Shown here: one piece after another, positions 1-11,390 of the stretch
How positions within the stretch are numbered: position 1 is the first letter of the stretch
Layout of the letters: each line of letters begins with the position of its first letter
NCBI GenBank assembly: GCA_020536535.1
Contig: JAHLWZ010000797.1
Coordinates: 62,001 to 126,000, forward strand
DNA: 64,000 bases
DNA from: Pelomyxa schiedti
Lineage: Eukaryota > Protista > Evosea
Reading direction: 5' to 3'
Notes under the pieces: generated by a model
The model's database searches: none
What the model saw: only the letters and a program-made list of their open reading frames with translations
What the model was told of the DNA's origin: nothing
Program-made: the position numbers and the translations under genes

Positions 1-325
1 TTATTCACACACTTTGACACATTTGAGATAGGTGGATTTCCTGCCTTGGCCGAGAGGTGATAAATGACTGGCGTGGATGGGACTTTGACTCCCAGGGTGC
101 TGGAACAGTGATTGATTATGATAGAATCACCTTTTTGACAGTTAAAGCATCTGGGCACATGGTACGTAAAATCACCTCCATTTTATCTTTGTTATTACAC
201 AAATAGGTTCCCTTGTACACACCCAAAGAAGGATTTGGTAAGCACACCCCAATTCCCTGCACTCCTTAATTCTAATAAACATATCAGCTATGTTCCAGTG
301 CTGGATGGATAACCATGTGTGTTGA
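1..325 (+). CDS. Serine carboxypeptidase (S10 family), 3' end only
   Basis: Removing introns 162-206 (gtacgt..ag) and 238-287 (gtaagc..ag) gives WISCLGREVINDWRGWDFDSQGAGTVIDYDRITFLTVKASGHMVPLYTPKEGFAMFQCWMDNHVC*. This carries the S10 catalytic-His motif TFLTVKxxGHMVP. Stop TGA at 323-325. Confidence 0.85.
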
Positions 326-438
326 GCTGCCTGAGAAGATAGAAGATAGTAGGTTCTTTCTCTGATTCCGTGTCGGTTCCGGCACGTACACAACGGCTGA
401 ACATAAAAAATTCCTTGGCAATCACAAGAAACTGTAAA

Positions 439-2874
439 ATGTCGAGGTGTGTGCCGGTTGGTGATTGTGCCAAGCAGACCGAGGCCAGGAGGATCCTGTT
501 TATCTCCAAGATCTTGTGGCAAACAGTGATACCCGAGGCGATTGCGGTGCGCCCGTCCGTCACCAAGGTCCCGCCGCTCACCGACGACGAGCTCTCGAAG
601 CTCAAGGAGAGGTTCCCCGAGGCCAGCCGCGGAGGCGTCCCCCTCGGCCCAAACCCTCAGTGCGGGTGCTGGAGCGCCCACGCCGGCGGCTGCCTGCCCG
701 ACATGTCGGTCGAAGACCCCCAGGCGTGGGCCCCCTACGTCGCCGCCGTCGCGTGCGTCGGCGACGCGTTCTTCACCCTGCGGCCGCTGGCTTCGCGGCA
801 CCTGCTGGCCTGCATGGCCGCCCAGTACTTCCACGTAGAAGAGCAGGCCCTGGTCCTGTGCGCCAAGCACGGCGCCCTGGGCCTGGCCAGGACCCTGGTC
901 GCCGAGTGGTACAAGACGTCGCCGCCTGTTTCTGTTCCCGAGTGTTCATCTCGGCTGAGTTCGGCGGTGGCCAGCTCTGCGCCGCCTCAGTGGCTGACGC
1001 CGCCGCCGCCGCCTTGGTTCTACAGTGGGGCTGCTACTCCGGGTTCTGTGAAGACTGTGGCTTGTGCTTTGCTGGAGGGAAGCTGTGGCTCCGGGAACAT
1101 GGACTTTGTGGAGTGGGTAATGTCACTGCACGGGAGCATGATCTCCCGCGGCGACATGAGAGTGGCGTTTATAAGTGCTGCTCTGCAGAACAAATCCACG
1201 GTGGTGCTGGATTGGATATGGGAACGAGTAACTCCTCCATTTGGGCTAGAAGAAGTTTGGATTGCCAAATCAGCTATAACTGAAGTTGTTCTTCAAAGGG
1301 CGGCAAATTCCTGCCACAATATTTCCGAGTGGTTGATGTCTCACTTCAAATTGCTCCCAAAGGATATTGGCGATAACCCCCGTTTTGCGTATTACCTATC
1401 AGAGTGCGCAAAATGCCCACAAAAGGCCCCAAGTCTGCTATGGTTCATTTCCTACTTCCATAACCAGTGCTCAGACTACGCTTTTCCACAAGCTTTGAAT
1501 GCTGCCTGTGTGGCAGGAAGCATGTGTTCAGTTGAACTCATATTTGCGTCTCTTTCCATTGAGGAGGTGAGCAAACTCAGTAAAGACACATGGGACCCAA
1601 TCTGTGCTATGTGGATATGCGAAAAGATAAGCCAACCCCGACCGCAAGGCATCTTTTCGCAGAGTTGTATCTTTGGGCACCTTGAACTTGCTCAGTCACT
1701 GGCAGTTGAACTTGGCGTAACCGCACTCGAAGTTAGAGCACAGAGACATCATCTTCTTTCTCAGGTCCTTGGGCGCAAGCATTTCAATGTTGCCCGTTGG
1801 CTGCTTGACAGATATGGAATTGCACGAGGAAAAGGCCCCCGTGTGTTGAGAATGGTGTGCCGGGCTGGTAATCTTGATTTCGCGCAGTGGCTAGTGGCCA
1901 GGTTTACCTTTCAGCAAGGGGCAGCTAAATGCAACAGAAATAGTGCTCTCAGCACCTGCTGTCGTGATGGTAACATCGATCTTGTGAAGTGGCTCGTTGG
2001 GCATTTTTCACTCACTGCTCAAGATGCACGCAGCCGCGAAAATGGCGCTCTCCGTGCCTGTTGTGATAATGGGCATTTTGCACTCGCGCAGTGGATTGCC
2101 GACCACTTCTCCCTCACGACTGATGATGCACGATCACGGAACAACTACGCACTTCGCGTCAGTTTATATACTGGGCGGCTGGCTGTAGCTAAGTGGCTTA
2201 TCAAACGATTTAGCCTCACCAGTGAAGATGTTGCCAGCGCCATCGCATCAATCTCGATATACTGGGATCACATTAACAAATGGCTAGCAAGCAACTATTG
2301 GTCAGTATATCATCCTCCGGCAGAACAAAACTTCTTCGTAACTGTTCCAAGTGTACATCAGGTTCACACACGCAACTGGACTGCACTCAGTTCAATGCTT
2401 AGTGTCAGGGCAGAAACAATGACAGAAGAACAACTGGCCGGACTTCTGAATGGCTGGATATTCCCAGCTCCCGTACTGAGGTGGCTGGTTGAACGGACCT
2501 CACTCCGGAGCCGCTTCGCCAGAGCCAGGACAGTCTTTCCCCCCGTAATGAGCCTCTTGGTAGCTGACCCCACCATGGAACAAATGAGGTGGATTGTATC
2601 CACTCTTGGGATACACCCAGGAGATGACCGCATCGACGTATCCACTGTGCTCCTCAACACCATCAGGTTGGGTAATAACCGTGTACAACCGCACCTTTTC
2701 AACACTGCAGTGGAGTGGGTTTGCGAGTACTTCAATGTTACTCCGGCACAAGCACAACCTGCACTTGACTATCTTCAACGCACTCCACCTTACAATACAG
2801 GTTCTAAGGCTTTCCTTCGCTGGTTTCAGGAAAAAACCGGTACAACTCCCTCTGCTGGTTGTCTTCTGCAGTAA
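439..2874 (+). CDS. Intronless ankyrin-like repeat protein (lineage-expanded family)
   Basis: First ATG at 439 within the 370..2874 ORF. Tandem repeats of about 37 aa, e.g. ALSTCCRDGNIDLVKWLVGHFSLTAQDARSRENGALRACCDNGHFALAQWIADHFSLTTDDARSRNNYAL. N-terminal ISKILWQTVIP motif. Confidence 0.75.
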   Translation: MSRCVPVGDCAKQTEARRILFISKILWQTVIPEAIAVRPSVTKVPPLTDDELSKLKERFPEASRGGVPLGPNPQCGCWSAHAGGCLPDMSVEDPQAWAPYVAAVACVGDAFFTLRPLASRHLLACMAAQYFHVEEQALVLCAKHGALGLARTLVAEWYKTSPPVSVPECSSRLSSAVASSAPPQWLTPPPPPWFYSGAATPGSVKTVACALLEGSCGSGNMDFVEWVMSLHGSMISRGDMRVAFISAALQNKSTVVLDWIWERVTPPFGLEEVWIAKSAITEVVLQRAANSCHNISEWLMSHFKLLPKDIGDNPRFAYYLSECAKCPQKAPSLLWFISYFHNQCSDYAFPQALNAACVAGSMCSVELIFASLSIEEVSKLSKDTWDPICAMWICEKISQPRPQGIFSQSCIFGHLELAQSLAVELGVTALEVRAQRHHLLSQVLGRKHFNVARWLLDRYGIARGKGPRVLRMVCRAGNLDFAQWLVARFTFQQGAAKCNRNSALSTCCRDGNIDLVKWLVGHFSLTAQDARSRENGALRACCDNGHFALAQWIADHFSLTTDDARSRNNYALRVSLYTGRLAVAKWLIKRFSLTSEDVASAIASISIYWDHINKWLASNYWSVYHPPAEQNFFVTVPSVHQVHTRNWTALSSMLSVRAETMTEEQLAGLLNGWIFPAPVLRWLVERTSLRSRFARARTVFPPVMSLLVADPTMEQMRWIVSTLGIHPGDDRIDVSTVLLNTIRLGNNRVQPHLFNTAVEWVCEYFNVTPAQAQPALDYLQRTPPYNTGSKAFLRWFQEKTGTTPSAGCLLQ

Positions 2875-3008
2875 CGCTTGTATTAATACTACTTGTTGTT
2901 GGAATGAAAAAAATATTCTACAGAGAAGGCAAAAAAACCGTTCTTTTGGAACGACTAACACAAGGTCTCTCTTTTTTTTAAAAAACAAACAAAGAGAGAA
3001 GAGGGTTT

Positions 3009-5649
3009 TTAGGACTTGGATGTGCGGACTCCTCTCCTCTGCAAAGCAAGTCAGAAGGTTCTTTTGGTGTGATTTAGGTATTATACCTGGGCACGTTGTG
3101 CAAGCTCTGCTTCGAGGGCTTCTGCCTCGGCATCGAGCCGGGCCATCTCATCGGATATGGCCGATGTGGGTGCAGGCTTTGGTTTTGCTCCCGTGGTTGC
3201 TTTTGCCAGGAGGGCAGCTTCTTCCTCCATGGCTTTGGTTTTCTGCAAGGCAGGTTAGAAGTTGGGTTTTGGTGATGTACTAGATAGCTACCGCTGCGTT
3301 TTCGACCTCGAGCCTTCGAGTTTCTTCTTCAAGTCGGGCCAGTTCGGCTGCAACATCATCCTATACAAGTCAGTTTTGAGTAACAAAAACAGGGAAGGAA
3401 TACCACTGGTGGAGCCTCTGGTGTTGTCTTCGTAGCGGCCGCTGCAGCAGCTGGTTTCTTAACTACTCTCTTGACCACCCTCTTAACGACTCTTTTCTTT
3501 GGGGCGCCATCGGCCGAAGTGGGGAGGGCTGTTGTTGTGGCAGAGGCGGCAGGTGCAGGAGTAGTGGTAGTGGTGCCGTCGGCGGCAACCTTCTTTCTGA
3601 CAACTCTTCTGACCACCTTTTTCTTGGGAGCACCTTCGGCTGGTGTTGTGGCAGATGAAGTTGTGGCGGCGGGTGTCGAGCCGTCAGCTGCTGGCTTCTT
3701 CTTCACAACTCTCCTCACAACCTTCTTCTTGGCTGCTCCAGGAGCAGCAGGATCTGCAGGAGTAGTAGCTGCGGCACCTTCAGCAGCGGGTTTCTTTTTC
3801 ACTACTTTCTTGACCCTTCTGACGGGTTTCTTTATCGCTGTGAGTTGGGCCAGAGCATCTTGCATCATTTTGGCTTCCAGCTCCTTGAGTTCCCTTTCAT
3901 AGGCAGCTTCACGCTTCTTTCTGTCAAATTCCATCTGTCGGCGAGTAGCTTCGTCAATGGCTCCTCCCATTGCGGCCTCGCGCTCCCGGATTGCTGCCTG
4001 AGGTGCATTACACAATGATTTAGGGCACCGGGGGTGAAGTGTACCTCTCTTTTAGCAGCCTCCTCTTTTGCCTTAAGAACCTGCGCAGCAATACGGTTCT
4101 TGTTTTCAAGTTCTGTACTTATTGAGAAACCACACTAGTATTGGAAGCATGAAATACCCTCTTGAGCTTGTCTCTTGAAATCCTCCTCCATTTTTATTCT
4201 TTCGGCTTCCTTCTTTGCAGCCAGCTTGGCACGGTTGTCAGCAACCCTTGCTGCCATAAGTTTTTCATGCTCTAGTTCCTCTCGCATTTTTCGTTCTTCT
4301 ACCTATTTTCAATACAATTAATATTAAAGAAATACTTTACATAAATTCTACTTACTTCACGGGCAGCGGCGTCTCGCCTGGCCTTTTCTTCTCGGCTGGC
4401 TACAATTCTTGCTGCCAGTCTGGCTTTTCGCTCTTCCTCTTCCCTAGTAGGGGATTAATCTTATTTAGGTTACGGAGCCAATTAAGGGTACTTGACAGCA
4501 GCAGCATATTTTTCTTTTTCCATCTCTTCCATTTCCCTCTTTTTCTTCTCCATGGCAGCCTTCTTCTCAGCAATCTGGAAAACCGGTTATACAACAACTA
4601 ACATTAGGGATTAAATACTCGTTTTGCCATTCGTGCCTTGCGGTCTACTTCTTCCCTAAGTATGATTACCTTTAGAGAAATAATAGAAGGACAACTGTTG
4701 TTCGCGCTGATAGGCTTCTTGTTCTCGTCTTTGTTTTTCTGCGATTTTATCAGCACGCTCCTTGCGTCTATTGAGAAGGTAGGTAAGAGTTCCCAAAGAA
4801 TCATAATATCACCTTTGGGCAATGGCATCACTTAGTCGTGCTGCGTTAGCACGCTCTTCTTCTTCTTGTCGTTTGAAGGCTTCTTCATCTTTTCTCCTTT
4901 TTTCTGCCATCCTTGATTCAGTCTTTTTCGGTATTAGACTAAATTTGACACTAGCCGACGCATACGGCAGCTTTTCGGGCTTCAATTGTTTCCCTAAGCC
5001 AAGAAGTATTATTTTTATTCTTCTCAACTTCGTCTTGCCACATCCTCTCTTCGAGTTTCCTGTTTTCCTCTTCCTAGAAGAATAAATTACGAACGCAGAG
5101 AGATGGAGGCAGTACCTTTTCACGCCTTAAAGAAGCAATCCTGTCCAGCACTTCCTGGCGCAGTTTTGCCTCGATCTCAGCAGGGGACATGCCAGTGAAT
5201 TGTTTAGACTAGTGAAAAAGTAAGACGGCAAAGCCACCATGACGGGCAGTACCTCTTCATCTTCTTCCTCTATTTCTTCCTCTTCTTCTTCAGCTTCCTC
5301 CTCCTCACCCTCTTCCTCTTCTTCGTCCAACAAATCCTCCTCGTCCACCTCCTCCTCGACTTCCTCCTCAACTTCTTCCTCGACCTCCTCGTATTCCTCT
5401 ACCTCCTCCTCAACTTCTTCATATTCTTCCTCGTCTTCTTCCTAACAGTAGTCAGACATGGTGTTGGAATGGAAAAGTGAGGAAAAACAGCACAAATAAC
5501 AGTGCCACCACAACAAAACCAAAAGGGAAAGAAAGGGTCAAAAAAGAAATCACTCAAAAAGATGGAATGCAACGGGGAAGGAGGGAACAAGGGAAGGAAA
5601 AAAAAAGGTATTAGGACTGTGATATGGACACATGACACACGTGCGACAT
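3009..5649 (-). CDS. Multi-exon protein: poly-Glu N-terminus, E/K/R coiled coil and basic KKVVRRVV repeats
   Basis: Proposed first exon ATG TCG CAC (5649-5641), intron 5640-5442 with CTGAC branch and TTAG acceptor, then EEDEEEYEEVEEEV. Many short GT-AG introns follow. The 3356..4015 ORF carries the basic repeats. Last exon ends RRGVRTSKS* (TAA 3011-3009). The first exon is uncertain. Confidence 0.7.
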
Positions 5650-6033
5650 TTGTGCCTGTTTGTTTTTTATTTTTTTTGGTTGTTTCCCTTCGGTGTGGCA
5701 ACCCGGCGTAGATTTGTTTTTTCTTTTTGTTTTTTTTATCGGCTTTTCTATTAACACTTTTTACTTTTTTTTTCCCTTTTGTCTTTTTTTGGTTTGGTAT
5801 TCATTTCTCTTCATCTTTTTTTCGGGAATAAGCAACTTCGGGGGCAGATCGCTTTACCAATGAAAACAACTTTTGTGTGTAAAGCTATGTTTAAATGGTT
5901 TTGTTTTGGTACTGCCCCATTGATGATTGCATTGATATGGTTTCTTGTTTGGCAGTAACAAACATATTCAGTAGTACATCACAATCAAGCTAGTTGTTGG
6001 TGCTTTTTCCTGTGTTCAGGCTGCTATTGTGTG

Positions 6034-8544
6034 TTAGAAAGCACCTTCCAGAAGAGCCGAAATCTGCAGCTGTGAGTAAATAGAGTACATCCAGTTGCTA
6101 AGGTGTTCGTGTGAGACTGAAACAGAGCCTGTCCTTTGTGTCGAGACTGTGAATGGTACTACCATTAACTCTGATATTTGTTCTGGCTCTGTGATTCCGT
6201 GGAATACGGCTACTATTGGAACCATGAGCTGCATTATTGACATACACTGTGGGGTGCCAAGTGTGCTGGCACCGGAACTATATTTACTGTTCTGTGGTAA
6301 ATACAGGGAGATAGGTGGACTGGGATGTACCTCATAAGTTCTGTTGCACGCGTAGAAATTTTCTCATACTGCAGGTCATGTGGTGCTGTGATTGGGACAT
6401 CATATATCAACGCCTTCGTCATGCTGGTTAATTGTTCAGTTGCCTCCAACATTTGCTTGGCGATATCCTCTGCGTCATCCTTGTCTTCTGTGTCAGCTTT
6501 GTCTTCTAAGGCTGAGGCACTAGCAGATTTTGCAGGGGACTCGGAGTCTACATTTGGGGGTGGAGATGTTGGTACTGATGAAGAATCTCCCTCGGTCGCA
6601 TTGAGATGGGTCTTCCTATGTAATACCCGCAACGTAGAAGATTGCATCATGTCGGCGATTGCGTTGTTGCGAACAAGTGCCCCTAAGTGAACCATATCAC
6701 TTTCAGGTTGCTGAAATTGTGCAGTAGTATCATATAGCTCCGGGCTATGAATAACTAAAAATTCGGCAAGAGCTGATGTCCGGCGTAGGTAACCACATGC
6801 AGCATTGATAGCGGACCAAGCTGTACTGCCACCACCTGGCTCAGAATCTTCGCTAAAATGAAAATATGAAACGGATCAAAATCTCAAATGACAACCATAC
6901 GTGGGATTCCAAAGAAGACAGGGGCCTATTACAATTGCGAGGCAAGAAGGTGTCATTCTATTAGAGGCACTATGTGAGCAGAGCATGTGCCAATACAGAA
7001 GAAGGCCCATCAAAGTTTCTGCGTTGGCAGTAGGTAGTAATTCGAAAATTGAGCGCATTCTTGATACAATCACTGGGACTTGGTTTTGTCCTCCTTCTAA
7101 AAGGAGTGAGGAAAATCCTGCCAATCATAACCTGCACACCCAAAACAGTCAATAATTTAGTGCCTAGGTCATGAGTGAGTATGGGCTCAGGCAAGCTCCT
7201 CAAAAAAACTTTAAGAACATTTGACAATGTGTGAGGATCAGTTTGTGAGGGAATCCTGAATAGAGTCAGTAGTGCCTTTATAGATAGATACCGATACGGC
7301 TGACGGAGGGCAAGTAATCGTCTAGCTCTGACTATATCAGAAGCACCTCCTGATAATCTGAACAGGCCCTCCACTTCAGAGTGCATGTATAAAATACCAA
7401 GTAATTCGGTGACCTCATATGGGATATTGATATGCGCTTGAAGGAGGCCCTGTTCTCGCTGTTGAACGACAATTTGCTCAAGAGACAATCCTGTAAGACA
7501 ACCTGATGGATCGCAAGCCATTTTAAGTGTCTTCTTCCAGTATTCATCTGAGTTTCGGTAAGTCTTACACAACTTACAATTACATACAATCGGATTGTGT
7601 GTTGGCAATGAGAGTGAAGTTCGAGTTTGAACCACACAAAATGCGTATGTGCAAGTCTTTATCTGTGAAGCCAAGACTTGTCACTTCCTGGAAGGCTATT
7701 TCCGCTGCCAGTTTGGTATCCTGCCGTAATAACCACATTAAGGAAAGATATAGTAAGCAGTAACACGGTGCCCAAACATTCAACAGACATACACACCACG
7801 CACATGTATCAATCTGAGTGTATCTGCTTGTACAATTCCAGTGCACTTCTTATGTCGTCCCATTTTTTTGAGTATTATGGGAGTCCCACCTGTATCGCTT
7901 CCACTGCTTCGAATTGCTGGAGTTGGTACTCTCCTGGTGTTTTTGTTATGAGAGAACCAACAATTACATTATACTAATTCAAAACAAGTATTTTACGAAA
8001 CGCACTCCGTTTTAGAAACGCACTCCTCCATCTGAACTGGCGGCGTTTTTGATTTTGATGGCTCTTCTTTTGATTTTGCTGCTAGGAGGTGAGTTAGAAT
8101 AGAATAACGGTTAGCCAAGATGCACACTGCAAGTTGCTCCAGTTACAATACTGACGCACGATGTGGCGTTGTGAACCGCGCCGCCGCACCGAGTGCACAT
8201 CAAAACAGCAGTCAATGGCCTCATTGGGTTCCTGGCCCACAGAACAAGAAACATAAGTGACGCCCGGTGTTTTTGAATTAGTAAACCCACAATTAATACC
8301 TGCACGCGATGCACGTCCTGGGCCGGTGTATGGTTTTCCCTGTGAAGGTATGCGATTGTGGGCGTTCGGGGAACGGATCGGCAGCGCCGCTCGGTGCCGA
8401 CGACGAACACGAACGCGACAGCGGCGTGGGCGACGGAACATCCTCAGAGTCCCCGCTTGGTACGCGTGCCGACGAACCCAACTTCAACCGGTTCAACATC
8501 CCTTGATTGGGTGGGATTTCTTCTGCTAAATCGCTTGATCTCAT
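6034..8544 (-). CDS. C1 domain-PH-RhoGAP protein (chimaerin-like)
   Basis: Spliced C1 domain HTFTGKTIHRPRTCIAC|RNPMRPLTAVLMCTRCGGAVHNATSCVSIVTGATC, then a PH-like segment. RhoGAP has the intact Arg finger EGLFRLSG, DPHTLSNVLKVFLRSLPEP and NRMTPSCLAIVIGP. Start at 8544 or 8499. Confidence 0.85.
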
Positions 8545-8712
8545 TTTTTTGTACAACCAACAAACCACGGAGACCTTGAGACCTACAGTTGCCAACGCGG
8601 TTCTTGCAAAGTCTACCGGCCAGGAGAGGGGGCGAGAATCCAAACAACAAGTCTGTTGTGTAGTCTGGAAGTTGGCAGGGAACCAAATCTGTTTCTTTTC
8701 GCCCAGTGCCGA

Positions 8713-11130
8713 ATGAACAACAGCGAGGCCAACAACGGCGGGAGCAAAGGCGCGACGTCCGGAGGCAGCAACGGCGTCGAGACTACGGGGGGCACGACGA
8801 CGGAGCAAGAGATGTGGGACCCCTACGAGGCCGACGAGGGGTACGACGAGCCCGACGAGCCCACCGACTACCAGGTTGTGTACACAACCCCCAGTCAGCA
8901 ACAACCGCAGTCGCTGGCCCAACAGCAGAGGCAGCAGCAGGCGGCCAGCCAGGGCGGGCTGATGATGCAACAGCAGACCCAGCAGCACGCGATTATGGGT
9001 GCATCGGGCCACCCCCTGCAGCAGCAGATGGGCTCGTCGTCGGGATCCTACGGCGCGGCGACCAGGGCGAACATGGCGATGGGTACGGGCACGGGCACGG
9101 GGACCGGAGTTATGGGAATGGGGATGGGCACCGGGACAGGAATGACAATGGGTATGGGAATGGGAATGCAAATTGGAGGCGGGAGATCGCCCGAGTACCC
9201 GAGGTCGTCGTCCCCGCTCGGTTCGCCACCGTCGCCTCCCCGTTTTGTGAATGCATCCAGCCCGGCAATTATGGGATCTCCCACATCCATGTGCAACTGC
9301 CGATGTGGGTGTCAGGCGTGCTCGGCGCCTCCAACGTACCAACTTAGTCCCAGAGTGGCAGAGGTATGTCCAAGTTTTTTTGTTTCTTTTTTTTTTTTTG
9401 CTTCTGGATGGATAAATGTTCGATGACGTTGTGCAACTGAATAAAATGTGCGGCTATTTTTGGCTCTCTGAAAATTGGTTTTGTAGCTCCTGCCTGGTGG
9501 GGCTGTACAACTTAGGCCACTTGCTGAAAAGACATTAGCCAGTAGCGTTGCATCACTAGCTATGATTGATCGAGGTTTCTTTTCTATTTTTCTCGTTTCT
9601 TATTTTAAGTACTTGCTTAGTTTCAAGTACTGCAAGGGCTGAAACTCCTGGCAAGATAGCTGCCCGAGAGATTATTGCCAAACTGCATACGAAGTCAGAA
9701 ATTTTCTCTTTGGGATTCTTTTAACTTTTTCCCCCACTCAGATTTGTCGAGGTTTCAAGTTATAACTATGAACAGTTTCATCCTTCCCACAGGTCCGAAC
9801 TTGCCCTACAGAGACCGATTCTAATCTACAAATATTAGATGGGAGCCTCCCACAGAATGTATCACTGTACAACAACTCATTGTAGTTATTGAGGAAACTA
9901 TTGCCATTCTCCAAAACGAGCCTACACTGCTTCGGCAGAAACCCCCAGTTTATGTACTTGGTGATCTTCACGGAAACTACAAAGTAATCCCTTTTGAGTG
10001 GTCAATATCTTTATTTATCTGTGTTACAGGATTTAGTATGTTTTGCCAAAGCGTTTGGACTTTGGGATCACTTTGAAATTGTCCCTGCAAAATTTTTGCT
10101 ACTCGGAGATTATGGTTTCTTTTTTTTCAGGAAAATCTATTTTATTCAATGATATCTAGTTGACAGGGGGCCTCACAGTATTGAAACTATTGCCTTACTT
10201 TTTGCTTTGAAAGTCCTTATACCAACAAAAGTAAAGTTACCCCCAGGATAGGCCCTTAAAAATATTCCATCCAAGATTTTCCTGCTCAGAGGAAATCACG
10301 AGAGTAAAGAAATCAATGGTGACACACACACCTACAAAGAAGGGTCTCTTCTTTGGCAATGCCAAGTTGCCTATCCCGAGCAAGGTACAGATTTCCTCCA
10401 TTCGATATTGCAGCCGACTTTTTGTTAAAATAGGTGAACTACTCTGGAAGAAAATGAATAAATGTTTCCGGTACCTCCCTATCGCCTCTGTTATAGACAA
10501 CAGGATCTTCTGTGTCCATGCTGGGATACCTCGTGCGCTTACGCAGAACAACATCAACTTATTAAACGAGATATTGGCTGTATGTATTTCCTTGTGTGGA
10601 AATAACTTAATGTGTTAGACACCACGGCCCGTCAAGGTACTTCAATCACAATTCGTTTTTGATCTGCTATGGGCGGATCCTGCTACTGAAGACGATGAAA
10701 GGAAATTGATTGGTTCTAATTTGAAGTTTGAATAGTGCCTTTGCTTACTCTACTTAGGAAAGAATTTATTCCCCCGCGGATTTGGTGCCAATCCGCGAGG
10801 CACCGGAACTTGTCTTTTTGGGAAATTGGCAGTCAAGATATTCTTTGAACAAAGCGGATGCTCACACATCATTCGAGCCCACCAGTACCCCCATGTATGT
10901 TCCGATCACTATCTTCGAGGCCTCATAAACCCAACAAACAGGACGGGATACAACTCGCTAAAATGGCAACAACTGTTACAGTTTTTTCGTCATCGCACTA
11001 TTGTGGGAATGGCAACAAAGCCGCAAGTGTACTTGTACACAACAACACACTGGAGCTTATTATCTCCAACACTGAATCTGCTGTAACTATTCCACCACCA
11101 TCATCAACCCCCCCACCAAACTCCTCCTAG
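8713..11130 (+). CDS. PPP-family Ser/Thr protein phosphatase with Gln- and Met/Gly-rich N-terminal extension
   Basis: Spliced motifs GDLHG, GDY|VDRG, RGNHE, HAGIP, DLLWADP, IIRAHQ and FSSSHYCG. The 3' end is slightly uncertain. Confidence 0.9.
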
Positions 11131-11390
11131 GATACCACATCCCCAGACAACAAGCCAAACAACAAGCCCAACTCAGAACAATTCTCCTGGGTTCAAGAAT
11201 TCAAAAATACTCACCACAGCACTCCCATTAGACTTGCTATTCGAAAAACACAAACGCAGTTGCACAAAGAATTTTTTTTTCTTTGGTCTTGATTGACACT
11301 GTCCGCCGGTTCCCTTGTGCCCGGTCTCATTTTGTCGAAGCAGATCCAATAAACCCATAAAAATAAAACAAATAGCACCCTCATCACACA

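Noticed and set aside
5430-5460. In-frame TAG (MSDYC*EEDEEE), with similar cases near 7970 and 11128, suggesting TAG reassignment or readthrough
   Set aside because: At 5442 the TAG is a 3' splice acceptor preceded by a CTGAC branch site. The case near 7970 falls inside a plausible intron, and 11128 is an ordinary stop or acceptor. HAT1 terminates normally at TAG, and no conserved domain needs an internal TAG.
7997-8026. 18-bp-period tandem duplication (GAAACGCACTCC x2)
   Set aside because: It is most simply an in-frame 6-codon duplication in a linker of the RhoGAP gene. Two copies only, so not a CRISPR array or mobile-element end.
172-9342. Long antisense or alternate-frame ORFs (172..870 -, 465..1283 +, 3471..3902 +, 8293..9342 - in large part)
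   Set aside because: These are shadow ORFs of GC-rich or low-complexity coding DNA. Only the last ~80 codons of 8293..9342 are used, as the RhoGAP first exon.
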